Positions 9,128 through 17,908 are shown, numbered from the stretch's first letter. The stretch: 64,000 bases of DNA from Betaproteobacteria bacterium (GCA_016709965.1 JADJLT010000003.1:48005-112004); one strand, 5' to 3'. The notes: generated by a model not told the origin, from the sequence alone. Numbers and translations: made by a program.

Positions 9128-11301
9128 CGAGACGTGCTTGGGCTGGCTGGCATCATCGGTGGCGCGCCACTGAACTGCTTGAGGAAAACCTGCGCGATCC
9201 GACGATAAAGCTGCGTGGCCAGCGGCGCATAGCCGTGGTCGAAGCGCACCCAGGCTCGTTCGCCGACATGCTTCAGCTCATCGTCGGCCAGTTTCAAGTC
9301 GACCAGAAAGACAGATTCTTGCAAACGCCGGCCATTTTCGTCACGTGGATCAGTCAGGTAAGGTCCGCCGCCACGGTCGCCGAGTGCCGCGCTGGGCAAT
9401 TCGCGGCTGGCGGCCGGGGTGTCGGCCTGAACGCTTGCCGCCAACGGCCGGCCGGGCATTTCAGGCAGGCGTACCTCGGCCGATCGGGTGTGCTGCTGAA
9501 CGAGGGAAATATCCTTCTCCGGCACGGCCGCGCGAATCACTGCCAAGCCATCGGCCAGCACATAGCCCATGGGCTCGCCATTGCGAATGAAACGGCCGGG
9601 CAGGTCGGTCTGTCGGGGCATCACCAGGCGGCCATCGACCCGGGCGCGGATCTCGAGGTCGCCGAGTTTGGCTTGGGCGCGGGCCAGTTCGGCTTCGGTC
9701 TTCTCGATGACTTCGGCCTGATTCTGGGCACCCTCGGGATCCCTGAGAAGCAGGCGGTAACGTTCGGCTTGCAAGCCGATCAGGCGGCTTTCAAGTTTTT
9801 CCTGTTGTACCTGTAGCTCGGGATTCTCGAGGCGGACAATCAGCTCGCCAATGTGGACCTGGCTACCATCCTTGACCGGCAACTCACTGACGAAGCCATC
9901 CACCTCGGGGCGAATCTGCGCCTTGTCCGGCAACCAGACGATACCGGGAGCAACAGTGCTGTAGGGCAGCGGCAGTGCAAAGATCAGCAAGGCCGGAACC
10001 GCCAGCAAAACGGCCAGCCGGCGGCGCGTGCGCGCCATTTCGTTGCCTGGCGTTGCACTGGCCAGCGATTGGGTGAAGCCACGCCAAAGCGGCAGGGCGA
10101 TCATGGTTGCGGCGAAGTAGATGGCGGCCACGCCGGCGGCGAAGAGCCAGAGCCCGGCCAGCCAGAACAGAATGGTCAGCGTGATCAGCAGCCGGTACGC
10201 CAGGGAAAGCGGCGCGTAGGCCAGCAGCCATTTACGTTCGCCGTGGCCCATCTGCGGAGTTTCCGAGGGCAGGCGCAGGAGGTGCCGGTGCAACAGGTGG
10301 CGCCAGTAGGCATTGCTGCGTGAGGCAAGGTTGGGCAGGTCGAGGACGTCGCAGAGGACGTAGTAGCCATCAAAGCGGAGCAACGGATTTCCGTTGAAGA
10401 GCAGTGTCGACAGGCTGCCGATAAAGAACAGCGCGAAGCCGATGTCGCGCATTGTTTCGCCACTGAGTTGCGACCAGATCAGCAGGCCGATGGCCGCGAT
10501 GAGCAGTTCGATCATGATGCCGGCAGCGCTGACCAGCGCGCGTTGCTGGCGGCCGAGAAAACCTGATGCGGCCGAGGCGTCGACATAGGGAGCCGGCATC
10601 AGGACGAGCAGCGCCACGCCTGCCTCATGCACGTCTCCACCCCAGCGACGTACGGCCAGCCCGTGCCCGGTTTCATGGAGCGCCTTGATGAGGGGAAAGG
10701 TCAGCCAGAGCAGGCCGAGATAGGCGGGTGAGTGAAGGCGAGTCGAACCGAACGCAAAAAGTTCGCGCCACTCGCCGGCCGCCGACAAGGCTGCGAACCC
10801 GATGAGCAGCAGCCAGAGCCAGAAGGTGACGGGCTGAAACAGCAGTTTGCCCAAGCCGTCCAGACGCGCCAGCAGCGCGTTCGGGTCGCCCAACGGTAGC
10901 CGGAAGGCCAGCGGATTGACGAGGCTGCGCAGGCGTCGCTGCCTTGATTCGTCGCGGCGCTGGAAGAGGCTGTCGACATCGGGAATGCGGTCGAATTGAA
11001 TGAGCTCTGCTTCGTTCAGGCTGACCAGCAGATCGACCACTTCATCCTGCGTCGAGGCGTCATCGGCATGCATCTGAAGCACGCCGTCCCAGACTTGTTG
11101 TACGTTGCGCAGGCCGTTGCAGCGGCCGATGAAGTGGTAGGCGGCATCGTTGATCCGGTGATGGCGGCCGCTGGCTTCGTCGGTCAGGACGAACCAGCGC
11201 TGGTCGCGCCAGCGCTTGCGCTGGATGCGGACTTGCGGGCGCAGGCGCGGCTTGAGGTCGGCGACTCGATACCAGCGCGCGCTGAACAGCGTCGCGGTCA
11301 C
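9124..11301 (-). CDS. Three-part membrane protein: N-terminal PqqD/RRE-like domain, polytopic M50 (site-2 protease) core, C-terminal HlyD-type periplasmic adaptor domain
   Basis: 725 aa. HETGH (HExxH) and NPLLRFDGYY (NPxxxxDG) lie in a hydrophobic core. The N-terminus FIGRCNGLRNVQQVWDGVL...DEVVDLLVSLNEAELI resembles PqqD-type peptide-binding domains. The C-terminal ~270 aa have a lipoyl-like hairpin plus coiled coil (VDGFVSEL...ELIVRLENPEL...ARVDGRLV). Confidence 0.8.
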   Translation of the reverse strand: MTATLFSARWYRVADLKPRLRPQVRIQRKRWRDQRWFVLTDEASGRHHRINDAAYHFIGRCNGLRNVQQVWDGVLQMHADDASTQDEVVDLLVSLNEAELIQFDRIPDVDSLFQRRDESRQRRLRSLVNPLAFRLPLGDPNALLARLDGLGKLLFQPVTFWLWLLLIGFAALSAAGEWRELFAFGSTRLHSPAYLGLLWLTFPLIKALHETGHGLAVRRWGGDVHEAGVALLVLMPAPYVDASAASGFLGRQQRALVSAAGIMIELLIAAIGLLIWSQLSGETMRDIGFALFFIGSLSTLLFNGNPLLRFDGYYVLCDVLDLPNLASRSNAYWRHLLHRHLLRLPSETPQMGHGERKWLLAYAPLSLAYRLLITLTILFWLAGLWLFAAGVAAIYFAATMIALPLWRGFTQSLASATPGNEMARTRRRLAVLLAVPALLIFALPLPYSTVAPGIVWLPDKAQIRPEVDGFVSELPVKDGSQVHIGELIVRLENPELQVQQEKLESRLIGLQAERYRLLLRDPEGAQNQAEVIEKTEAELARAQAKLGDLEIRARVDGRLVMPRQTDLPGRFIRNGEPMGYVLADGLAVIRAAVPEKDISLVQQHTRSAEVRLPEMPGRPLAASVQADTPAASRELPSAALGDRGGGPYLTDPRDENGRRLQESVFLVDLKLADDELKHVGERAWVRFDHGYAPLATQLYRRIAQVFLKQFSGAPPMMPASPSTSR

Positions 11302-11304
11302 GTC

Positions 11305-13074
11305 CTACAGTCCCCAGCCGAACAATTGCAGGCGCAGCCAGTCAATGCCGCGATGAGCAAGGCGCCAGATCAGCGCACGGTTGTCGGCATCGACCCGGGC
11401 CACGCCCAGCATGCCGGGACGCAGACTGGGCGGGTCTTCGGTCAGTTTGGCTTCGACTTCGAAAATGTTGTTGCCATCGCGACTGACGGCGACCGGCACG
11501 ATACGCTCCACCGAGAAGCTCAGCGCCTCGCCGGGCAGCGCGGTCAACGCGAGATTGCCCTGGCGGCCGCTGGCGATGTCGCCGATGTCGCGTTCATCGA
11601 CGTCGAGCAGCAGGCGATGGCGTCCTTGCGGGGCGAGCGTCAGCAGTGTGTCGCCGCGCCGTACCGGGGAGCCAAGTGATTGGGTGAGGTCGCCCTGGAC
11701 GATGATGCCATCGCTCGGCGCAACGATGCGCATCCGGGCGAGTTGGCTGCGCACCAGGTCGAGCTGGGCCGAGGCTTCATTGGCCTTGGCGCGGCTGACC
11801 GAGAACGCGGCGCGGTCAGCCCGGGCCATGGCGGCGATGTAAGCATTTTCGTGCTGGGTAAATTCAGCCTGCCACTTGCTTTCTTCCAGGCGCAAATCCT
11901 GGTCGGCCATTTGCGCCAGCGTCTGTCCGGCTTTGACGATGTCGCCTGGACGAACGTTGGCTTCCTTGAGAAAGCCATCAGTTGGGGCAACCAGAACATG
12001 TTGTTCGGCACCTTCAATACGGGCGCCGGCCGTTACCTGGTAAGGCAGTGGTATCAGCAGCAAGGCAAGCAGGGTGAGCGCAAGGCCGCCAAGGGCCATG
12101 CGCGACAGGCGGGATTCGCCAGCGCGGAGCGTTTGCCGGAGCTGACTCAGCTTTTCGAAAAACCGCTGCACCAGCGAACGCTCGGCCTGACGACGCAGGG
12201 CGATGATGGGTGCAGCCAGCGCGGCCAGATGTTCACATTGGGTTACTTCGTTGCGACCGGGGGGCAGCGAGCCGAGGCGCTCCAGGGTCAGGATGCCGAT
12301 CATGCGGTCATCATGGACCATGGGCAGCGAACATAAACTGGTTCCTGCGCGGGCGGAAAATTCGGTGTGAGCGAGCAGGATATAGGGCGGGTCATCGGGG
12401 CGTGGTGGCTGGGTGAGCGTGGCGCCCTGGTCGGCGGCTTCTTCCATCGCCGCGGCCAGGCTGCGCAGCAATTCCTGCTTGTGTTCGAAGGTGGCATTGT
12501 GCGAAATGGCGCCAATCCGAATCTGGTCATCCTCAAGCAAGCCGAGGCTGACACGCTCGAAGCGGAAGGTGCCCGCCAGTTCGTTGACGAAGGCAACCGT
12601 CGCAGATTCCAGATTTTCCTTGCCGAGCAAGGCTGACTGCAGCCCAAGCAGGGTGGCTGCCGGCCCGCTGCTGAGGTCATTTGGTGCATGCAGCAGCTTG
12701 TCCAGCGTGTTCTTCAGGCTGCGCAGATCGTTCAGGTAACCCTGGGCGACGTTGTCGTTGCTGCTCTTCAGGCCGAGGGCCATGATGCAGGGGGCACCGG
12801 CATCGCCCAGCAGAACCTGGACAATGCGCTGCGGACCCTGATCGGTCAGCATGACGGGGGGGACGACGATGTCCTCGAGTTTCCGCTTGAGGGAGATGGT
12901 GGCCGCATCAATGAGCGGCAGGTTGACGTCGCTGCGCTCGGGCCATTCCGCCAGAATGCGGATGTTTTCGCCCGCCAGGCTGGCGCCGACCACGACACAG
13001 CCGGTAATGACCGCTGACTGGTTGCAGTAGTCTCGAAGCCAGCGTTGCAGGGAGGCCGTGTTGATATCGTTCAT
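11305..13074 (-). CDS. GAF-domain cytoplasmic sensor fused to one TM helix and a HlyD-type periplasmic adaptor domain
   Basis: 589 aa. GAF-like segment: FRFERVSLGLL...SLCSLPMVHDDRMIGILTLER. TM helix: LGGLALTLLALLLIPL. HlyD-like part: VAPTDGFLKEANVRPGDIVKAGQTLAQM, coiled coil, IVAPSDGIIVQGD. The stop lies 3 nt before the next start. Confidence 0.75.
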   Translation of the reverse strand: MNDINTASLQRWLRDYCNQSAVITGCVVVGASLAGENIRILAEWPERSDVNLPLIDAATISLKRKLEDIVVPPVMLTDQGPQRIVQVLLGDAGAPCIMALGLKSSNDNVAQGYLNDLRSLKNTLDKLLHAPNDLSSGPAATLLGLQSALLGKENLESATVAFVNELAGTFRFERVSLGLLEDDQIRIGAISHNATFEHKQELLRSLAAAMEEAADQGATLTQPPRPDDPPYILLAHTEFSARAGTSLCSLPMVHDDRMIGILTLERLGSLPPGRNEVTQCEHLAALAAPIIALRRQAERSLVQRFFEKLSQLRQTLRAGESRLSRMALGGLALTLLALLLIPLPYQVTAGARIEGAEQHVLVAPTDGFLKEANVRPGDIVKAGQTLAQMADQDLRLEESKWQAEFTQHENAYIAAMARADRAAFSVSRAKANEASAQLDLVRSQLARMRIVAPSDGIIVQGDLTQSLGSPVRRGDTLLTLAPQGRHRLLLDVDERDIGDIASGRQGNLALTALPGEALSFSVERIVPVAVSRDGNNIFEVEAKLTEDPPSLRPGMLGVARVDADNRALIWRLAHRGIDWLRLQLFGWGL

Positions 13075-13196
13075 GTGGACGTGCGGTTTGAAACGGCTCG
13101 GCCGATGGTGTGTTTCACGCAGTTTCTCTGGATGCGGACGGCGGTTTTATGTGTCATTTTGCTATTGGCCATCAGGTGGGCGGAGTATATCGGCCA

Positions 13197-14969
13197 TTAA
13201 TCAGTCATCGCAACGCCGTTGGCAAGCAGGGCGGCAAATTGATCGGGGGCCACTGCCGGGCTGAAAAGGAATCCCTGGCAGGTATCGCAGTGGTGCGTGC
13301 GCAGAAATTCAAGCTGCTGGCGGGTTTCGACGCCTTCGGCGACGATCTTCAGACCCAGCTGGTGCCCCATGGAGACGATGGCGGTGACAATGGCGGCACT
13401 GTGCTCGTCGCTATGGATGCCGGTGAGAAACGAGCGATCAATTTTCAGTTCGTGTAGTGGCAGGCGCTTCAGGTAGGCGAGTGAGGAATAGCCCGTGCCG
13501 AAATCATCCACCGAGAGTTCGATGCCCAGCGAGCGCAGTGTTTCCAGCGTGCTCAGGTGGCTGTTGATATTGTCCATGATCACGCTTTCGGTGATCTCGA
13601 CACTGATGCGTTGACCGTCGATGCCGTGGCGGATGAGTGTGGCGGAAAGTTCGTCGACGAAATTTTTCTGGCTGAACTGCGGTGACGAGATATTGATGGC
13701 GATGCGTGGCGGCTGGATGCCGGCATCTAGCCAGAGGCGGATCTGGCGGCTGGCGATATTCAATACCCGGTCGCCGATCCGGTTGATCAGGCCGGATTCT
13801 TCGGCCACCGGAATGAACTCGGCGGGGCTGACCAGGCCGCGAACGGGATGTTGCCAGCGGAGCAGGGCTTCGGCGCCGCAAATTTTGCCGGAGACGATAT
13901 CAACCTTGGGCTGGTAGGCGAGGTGGAATTGATCACCATCCAGGGCATGGCGGAGATCGGCCTCAAGGTTGAGGCGATGGATGGCGCGCTCGTTGAATTT
14001 TTGCGAGAAGAAGCGGAAGCCGTCACCGCCGGCCCGCTTGACGTCGTGCATGGCGTTGTTGGCGGCGGAGATGATTTCGTTGCTTGTCTTGCCGTCATTG
14101 GGGAAGACGGAAATCCCGATCGAGCAGGTGGAGATCAGCTCGTGGCCGCCCGTGGTGAACGGTGTCTTGACCATGTCAAGGATGCGCTGGGCTACGATGG
14201 CCGCACTGTCCGGCCGGTCTATGCCGCAGAGCAGGACGGTAAACTCGTTGCCGGCAAGGCGGGAAAGCATGATCGACTGTTCGCGGACATCCTGGCGGGC
14301 GACGATGTCGGTGTCGCGTATGCATGTGCCGAGATTTTTCGCGACGGCGCGCAGCAGGCGGTCGCCGTTTGCCCAGCCAAGCGCTTCGACAACTTTCTTG
14401 AAGCGGTCGAGGTCGACGTGGAGTACGGCGCCGAGGATGTTGTAGCGCTGCGAATACTTGATCGCCCAGTCGAGGCGGTCGGTATAGCGCTCGCGATTGG
14501 GCAGCCCGGTCAGGTCATCGTGATAGACGACAAGGTTGCGGTAGGCTTTGGCGGCCAGCGTGTTTTGCAGGCGCAGTTTCATCTCGCCCGCATCGACCGG
14601 TTTGTTCAGGATATCGTTGGCGCCTTGGCCGAGCACCCGCAGGCGGAGCGCGCGACTGTCGTCGGCGGTCAGGACGATGATCGGCAGATGTCGGTGCACG
14701 GAATTATTCCGTACCTGCTCAAGAATATCGCTGCCGTCGATGGTGACCAATACTTCGTTGTCGATGAGTACGAGGTCGATGTCCAGCTCGTACAGCAGGT
14801 CAAGGACGGAACCTGAGCCGACGATGGAGAGGGCGTTTCGATAGCCGGCCGAACGCAGAAAGTGGAGCATGATTTCGGCGCTGGCGTTATCGCGCTCAAC
14901 AATCAGGATGCAGGCGTTCAGAAACTCGGTCGAGCGTTCCGGCGAGGCGTTCCGGCGATCAAGATTCAT
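13197..14969 (-). CDS. Response-regulator receiver, degenerate GGDEF, and EAL phosphodiesterase
   Basis: REC: DLVLID...; PIIVLTA; NKP. The GGDEF motif is replaced by AGNEF (RLAGNEFTVLL) and there is no RxxD I-site. EAL motifs are intact (EALLRW, DDFGTGYSSL, KIDRSF). The ATG at 14969 is preferred over the TTG at 14999; the start is uncertain. Confidence 0.9.
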   Translation of the reverse strand: MNLDRRNASPERSTEFLNACILIVERDNASAEIMLHFLRSAGYRNALSIVGSGSVLDLLYELDIDLVLIDNEVLVTIDGSDILEQVRNNSVHRHLPIIVLTADDSRALRLRVLGQGANDILNKPVDAGEMKLRLQNTLAAKAYRNLVVYHDDLTGLPNRERYTDRLDWAIKYSQRYNILGAVLHVDLDRFKKVVEALGWANGDRLLRAVAKNLGTCIRDTDIVARQDVREQSIMLSRLAGNEFTVLLCGIDRPDSAAIVAQRILDMVKTPFTTGGHELISTCSIGISVFPNDGKTSNEIISAANNAMHDVKRAGGDGFRFFSQKFNERAIHRLNLEADLRHALDGDQFHLAYQPKVDIVSGKICGAEALLRWQHPVRGLVSPAEFIPVAEESGLINRIGDRVLNIASRQIRLWLDAGIQPPRIAINISSPQFSQKNFVDELSATLIRHGIDGQRISVEITESVIMDNINSHLSTLETLRSLGIELSVDDFGTGYSSLAYLKRLPLHELKIDRSFLTGIHSDEHSAAIVTAIVSMGHQLGLKIVAEGVETRQQLEFLRTHHCDTCQGFLFSPAVAPDQFAALLANGVAMTD

Positions 14970-15040
14970 CGGCAAGTGGCATGGGTGGGGTGGCGGCAAA
15001 TGAGGTACAGCATACCGCAGCGGCGCGCCGCGATTACAGC

Positions 15041-15081
15041 TTGGCTGCGGTCAACCGGTAAAAATGGGCAAATTTGAAAAA
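15041..15081 (+). repeat. Dispersed CGGTCAAC/A-tract repeat, copy c1 (intergenic)
   Basis: TTGGCTGCGGTCAACCGGTAAAAATGGGCAAATTTGAAAAA. Confidence 0.8.
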
Positions 15082-15161
15082 CGAGCAGCGAGCGTCGATC
15101 CCGGCTCACCGCAAGTCCGATGCGTTTGCAATCTGTATTTCACGCCAGCAGGCTGGCGGTG

Positions 15162-15440
15162 TCAGGTATTTCCCGCCTCGTAGGCGGACAGCGTGACCCC
15201 GGCGTGGCTGAGCATCTCGCGGATCGTCTTGATGTCGGTCTTGCTGCAGGTGCTGCTGTTGTGCGGATGGTGCAGGAATGCTTCGACCTTGTTCAAGGTG
15301 ATCTTGAAGCGGGCGCCATGTGACGGTTCGATGTCGGCGCCCAAGTGCTTGAGCAACGATTCGATTTCGCGCCAGTGGATATTGGCCGGTAGCGGGTCCT
15401 GGAAGATGCTGCGCATCAGGTGGTCATGCTTGTGACTCAT
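15162..15440 (-). CDS. Small HicA-like (YcfA/HicA fold) protein with no adjacent HicB-like partner
   Basis: 92 aa. The pattern LMRSIFQDPLPANIHWREIESLLKHLGA...HHPH...IKTIREMLSHAGV matches my memory of a HicA-family subclass. The assignment rests on motif recall only. Confidence 0.4.
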   Translation of the reverse strand: MSHKHDHLMRSIFQDPLPANIHWREIESLLKHLGADIEPSHGARFKITLNKVEAFLHHPHNSSTCSKTDIKTIREMLSHAGVTLSAYEAGNT

Positions 15441-15495
15441 GATGAAGCTCCAAGCGTTAGGAACCCCAATATTCTATGCCTGTGCGGCCAGCTCG

Positions 15496-15981
15496 TCAGG
15501 CGAAAACGATCTTCAGCAGGGCCAGACAGAGCAAAGTGTACCCGGCCGCAACAAGGTCGTCGGCCATGACACCGAAGCCGTTCTTGACGTGCTGGTCAAA
15601 GTAGCGGGCCGGTTGCGGCTTGGTGATGTCGAAATAGCGGAACAGCGCGAAGGCAGCCAGTTGCCACAAGAAGGTATCGGGCGTCATCAGCAGGATGAGC
15701 CAGAAGGGAACGATTTCGTCCCAGACAATGCTGCCGTGGTCGGGGTCGCCGATCGCCTTGCCGGTAACGTCAATAAACCAGATGCCGCCGAGGTAGGCTG
15801 CGGTCAACAGGAATAAAAGGCCAAAATCGGAAAAATATTGATGGAAGAGGGCATAGGTCAGCCACGCGAACAGCGTGCCGAAAGTCCCTGGCGCCTTCGG
15901 CGCCAGGCCGCTGCCACAACCCAGCGCGAAAAAGTGCGCCGGATGGGCGAGCAGGAAGCGGACGCTAGGCGGTTTGGCCAA
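15496..15981 (-). CDS. pgpA: Phosphatidylglycerophosphatase A
   Basis: FLLAHPAHFFALGCGSGLAPKAPGTFGTL...WDEIVPFW...FRYFDITKP. The tracked 224-aa ORF extends into thiL. An in-frame TTG at 15981 gives about 161 aa and overlaps the thiL stop. Confidence 0.8.
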   Translation of the reverse strand: MAKPPSVRFLLAHPAHFFALGCGSGLAPKAPGTFGTLFAWLTYALFHQYFSDFGLLFLLTAAYLGGIWFIDVTGKAIGDPDHGSIVWDEIVPFWLILLMTPDTFLWQLAAFALFRYFDITKPQPARYFDQHVKNGFGVMADDLVAAGYTLLCLALLKIVFA

Positions 15982-16942
15982 AATGGTCGTAGCCTTTGCG
16001 GTCGAATTGGACCGGCTTGCCATCCGGGTCGAAAACCGTGACATCGCCCGTGGTGCCGGCCACCATCTCGCCGATGTTCCACAGCGGCAATTCCAGTGTG
16101 GCGGCGATTTGCGCGATGGCCAGACTTTGCGTGCCGGGCGCGGTGAAGCAGAGTTCGTAATCGTCGCCACCGGTCAGTTGGCATTCGAGGGCGATGCGGC
16201 GCAAATCAGCGTCGTAGCTTTCTCCCTTGGGCAAGTGTGGCAGCTGAACCAACTTAACGGCGGCGGCGCAGCCCGAGCGTTCGGCAATGTGGCTGAGGTC
16301 GGCCAGCAGGCCGTCGGAGACGTCGATCGCGGCGCTGGCAATGCCGTTCAGTGCAAGGCCGAGGGCCACGCGCGGACGTGGCTTTTCGAGGGCGCCAATG
16401 CACAGGCGCGGCCAGGGTTCGGGCAGTTTGATCTTGCCTTGCAGGAAGGCGAGGCCGAGGCTGGCCAGGCCGGGGCGACCGGAAACCCAGATCTGGTCGC
16501 CGACCTTGGCGCCATCGCGGCGAAGGGCGTGGCCGGGTTCGACTTCGCCCATGGCAGTAACGCAGAGGTTGAGCGGGCCTTTGGTTGTGTCGCCGCCGAT
16601 GACATCAACGCCGTATTCGGCGGCGCAGGCAAAGAAGCCTTCGGCGAACTGGGCAATCCACAGCTCATCGACCACCGGCAGCGCGCCGGCCAGCGTCACC
16701 CAGCGCGGCTGGGCGCCCATTGCGGCGAGATCGGAAAGATTGACGGCCAGGGCCTTCCAGCCGAGGTTCTTGGGGTTGGTGTCGGGCAGGAAATGCGTGC
16801 CGGCGACCAGCATGTCGGTGGTCACTGCCAGCTGCTTGCCCGGTGCTGGCTGAACCAGCGCGCAGTCGTCGCCAGGGCCGAGGATGGCCGAGGGCGTGGG
16901 CCGGGCAAAATACTTGTTGATCAGTTCAAATTCGCCGGCCAT
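15965..16942 (-). CDS. thiL: Thiamine-monophosphate kinase
   Basis: MAGEFELINKYF...GPGDDCA...VTTDMLVAGTHF...NLSDLAAMGA...GGDTT...LTGGDDYEL. The ATG at 16942 lies just after the nusB stop. Confidence 0.9.
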   Translation of the reverse strand: MAGEFELINKYFARPTPSAILGPGDDCALVQPAPGKQLAVTTDMLVAGTHFLPDTNPKNLGWKALAVNLSDLAAMGAQPRWVTLAGALPVVDELWIAQFAEGFFACAAEYGVDVIGGDTTKGPLNLCVTAMGEVEPGHALRRDGAKVGDQIWVSGRPGLASLGLAFLQGKIKLPEPWPRLCIGALEKPRPRVALGLALNGIASAAIDVSDGLLADLSHIAERSGCAAAVKLVQLPHLPKGESYDADLRRIALECQLTGGDDYELCFTAPGTQSLAIAQIAATLELPLWNIGEMVAGTTGDVTVFDPDGKPVQFDRKGYDHFGQTA

Positions 16943-16946
16943 GTGC

Positions 16947-17435
16947 CTACTTGCCTTGCTTGCGGGCGGCAACCTCTTCGGCACGAACGATGCCGGCAAC
17001 CTTGTCGAGCACGCCGTTGACGTACTTGTGGCCGTCGATGCCGCCGAAGGACTTGGTGAGTTCGATGGCCTCGTTGATGATCACGCGATAAGGCGTGTCG
17101 ACGTAGTTGATCAGCTCGAAACTGCCCAGCATCAGGATGCAGGCTTCAACCGGCGACAGCTCTTTAAATGGCCGATCGATATGGGCGGTAATGTGCTCGA
17201 TCAGCGCTTCCTTCTGGCCGATGACGCCGCGCAGCGTGCCAACGAAAAATTCGCGGTCAGCCTTGGCGAAGCCTTCCATTTCCGGCGCATAGGCTTCGAT
17301 GGCGGCTTCGTCGGCACCGCCGACGCGCCACTGGTAAAGACCCTGGACGACGAATTCACGGGAGCGGCGGCGGGCGGACTTGGGCGGGGCCTGGACGTCG
17401 TGCGGGTGTTCGCTGTCGCTGAGGAAGGTGGTCAT
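16947..17435 (-). CDS. nusB: Transcription antitermination factor NusB
   Basis: 162 aa. [15 protein letters not shown]...; conserved position downstream of ribH. Confidence 0.93.
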   Translation of the reverse strand: MTTFLSDSEHPHDVQAPPKSARRRSREFVVQGLYQWRVGGADEAAIEAYAPEMEGFAKADREFFVGTLRGVIGQKEALIEHITAHIDRPFKELSPVEACILMLGSFELINYVDTPYRVIINEAIELTKSFGGIDGHKYVNGVLDKVAGIVRAEEVAARKQGK

Positions 17436-17905
17436 TGGGTAAGTGCTTTCTGAAGATTGGCCATTTCGACGGCGGCCTGGGCGCAGTCGCTGCCCTTGGG
17501 TTGGGTGCGGACTTCGGCCTGTTCGTCGGTGTCGCAGGTCAGGATGCCGTTGGCGATGGGGATGCCGGTATCGAGCTGGACTTCCATGATGGCGCGGCAG
17601 GCGTCATTGGAAACGACTTCGAAGTGATAGGTGTCGCCGCGAATGACGGCGCCAAGGGCCACCAGTGCATCGAAGCAGCCGCTCTGCGCCATGGTTTGCA
17701 GCACCAGCGGAACTTCCAGTGCGCCGGGCACGTTGGCGATGGTCATGTCGGCATCGGCTACGCCAAGGCGCTTGAGTTCGTTGACGCAGGAAGAGAGCAG
17801 GGCTTCGCAGATCGGCAGGTTGAAGCGTGCCATCACGACGCCGACTTTGAGGCCGGCGCCGTTCAGGTTGTTGTCGTATTCAAAGATGTTGTCGAAACGG
17901 GACAT
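17432..17905 (-). CDS. ribH: 6,7-dimethyl-8-ribityllumazine synthase
   Basis: 157 aa. VVMARFN...VPGALE(V)P...[14 protein letters not shown]. Confidence 0.93.
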   Translation of the reverse strand: MSRFDNIFEYDNNLNGAGLKVGVVMARFNLPICEALLSSCVNELKRLGVADADMTIANVPGALEVPLVLQTMAQSGCFDALVALGAVIRGDTYHFEVVSNDACRAIMEVQLDTGIPIANGILTCDTDEQAEVRTQPKGSDCAQAAVEMANLQKALTQ

Positions 17906-17908
17906 GGC

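Noticed and set aside
8929-9816. 295-aa plus-strand ORF spanning the SecA-like/M50 junction
   Set aside because: It is antisense to two well-supported genes. The composition is Gly/Ala/Arg/Gln-rich with no motifs.
13848-14816. 322-aa plus-strand ORF antisense to the REC-GGDEF-EAL gene
   Set aside because: Shadow ORF. The opposite strand encodes intact REC and EAL motifs.
15875-17020. 381-aa plus-strand ORF antisense to thiL
   Set aside because: Shadow ORF. The thiL translation on the minus strand is unambiguous.
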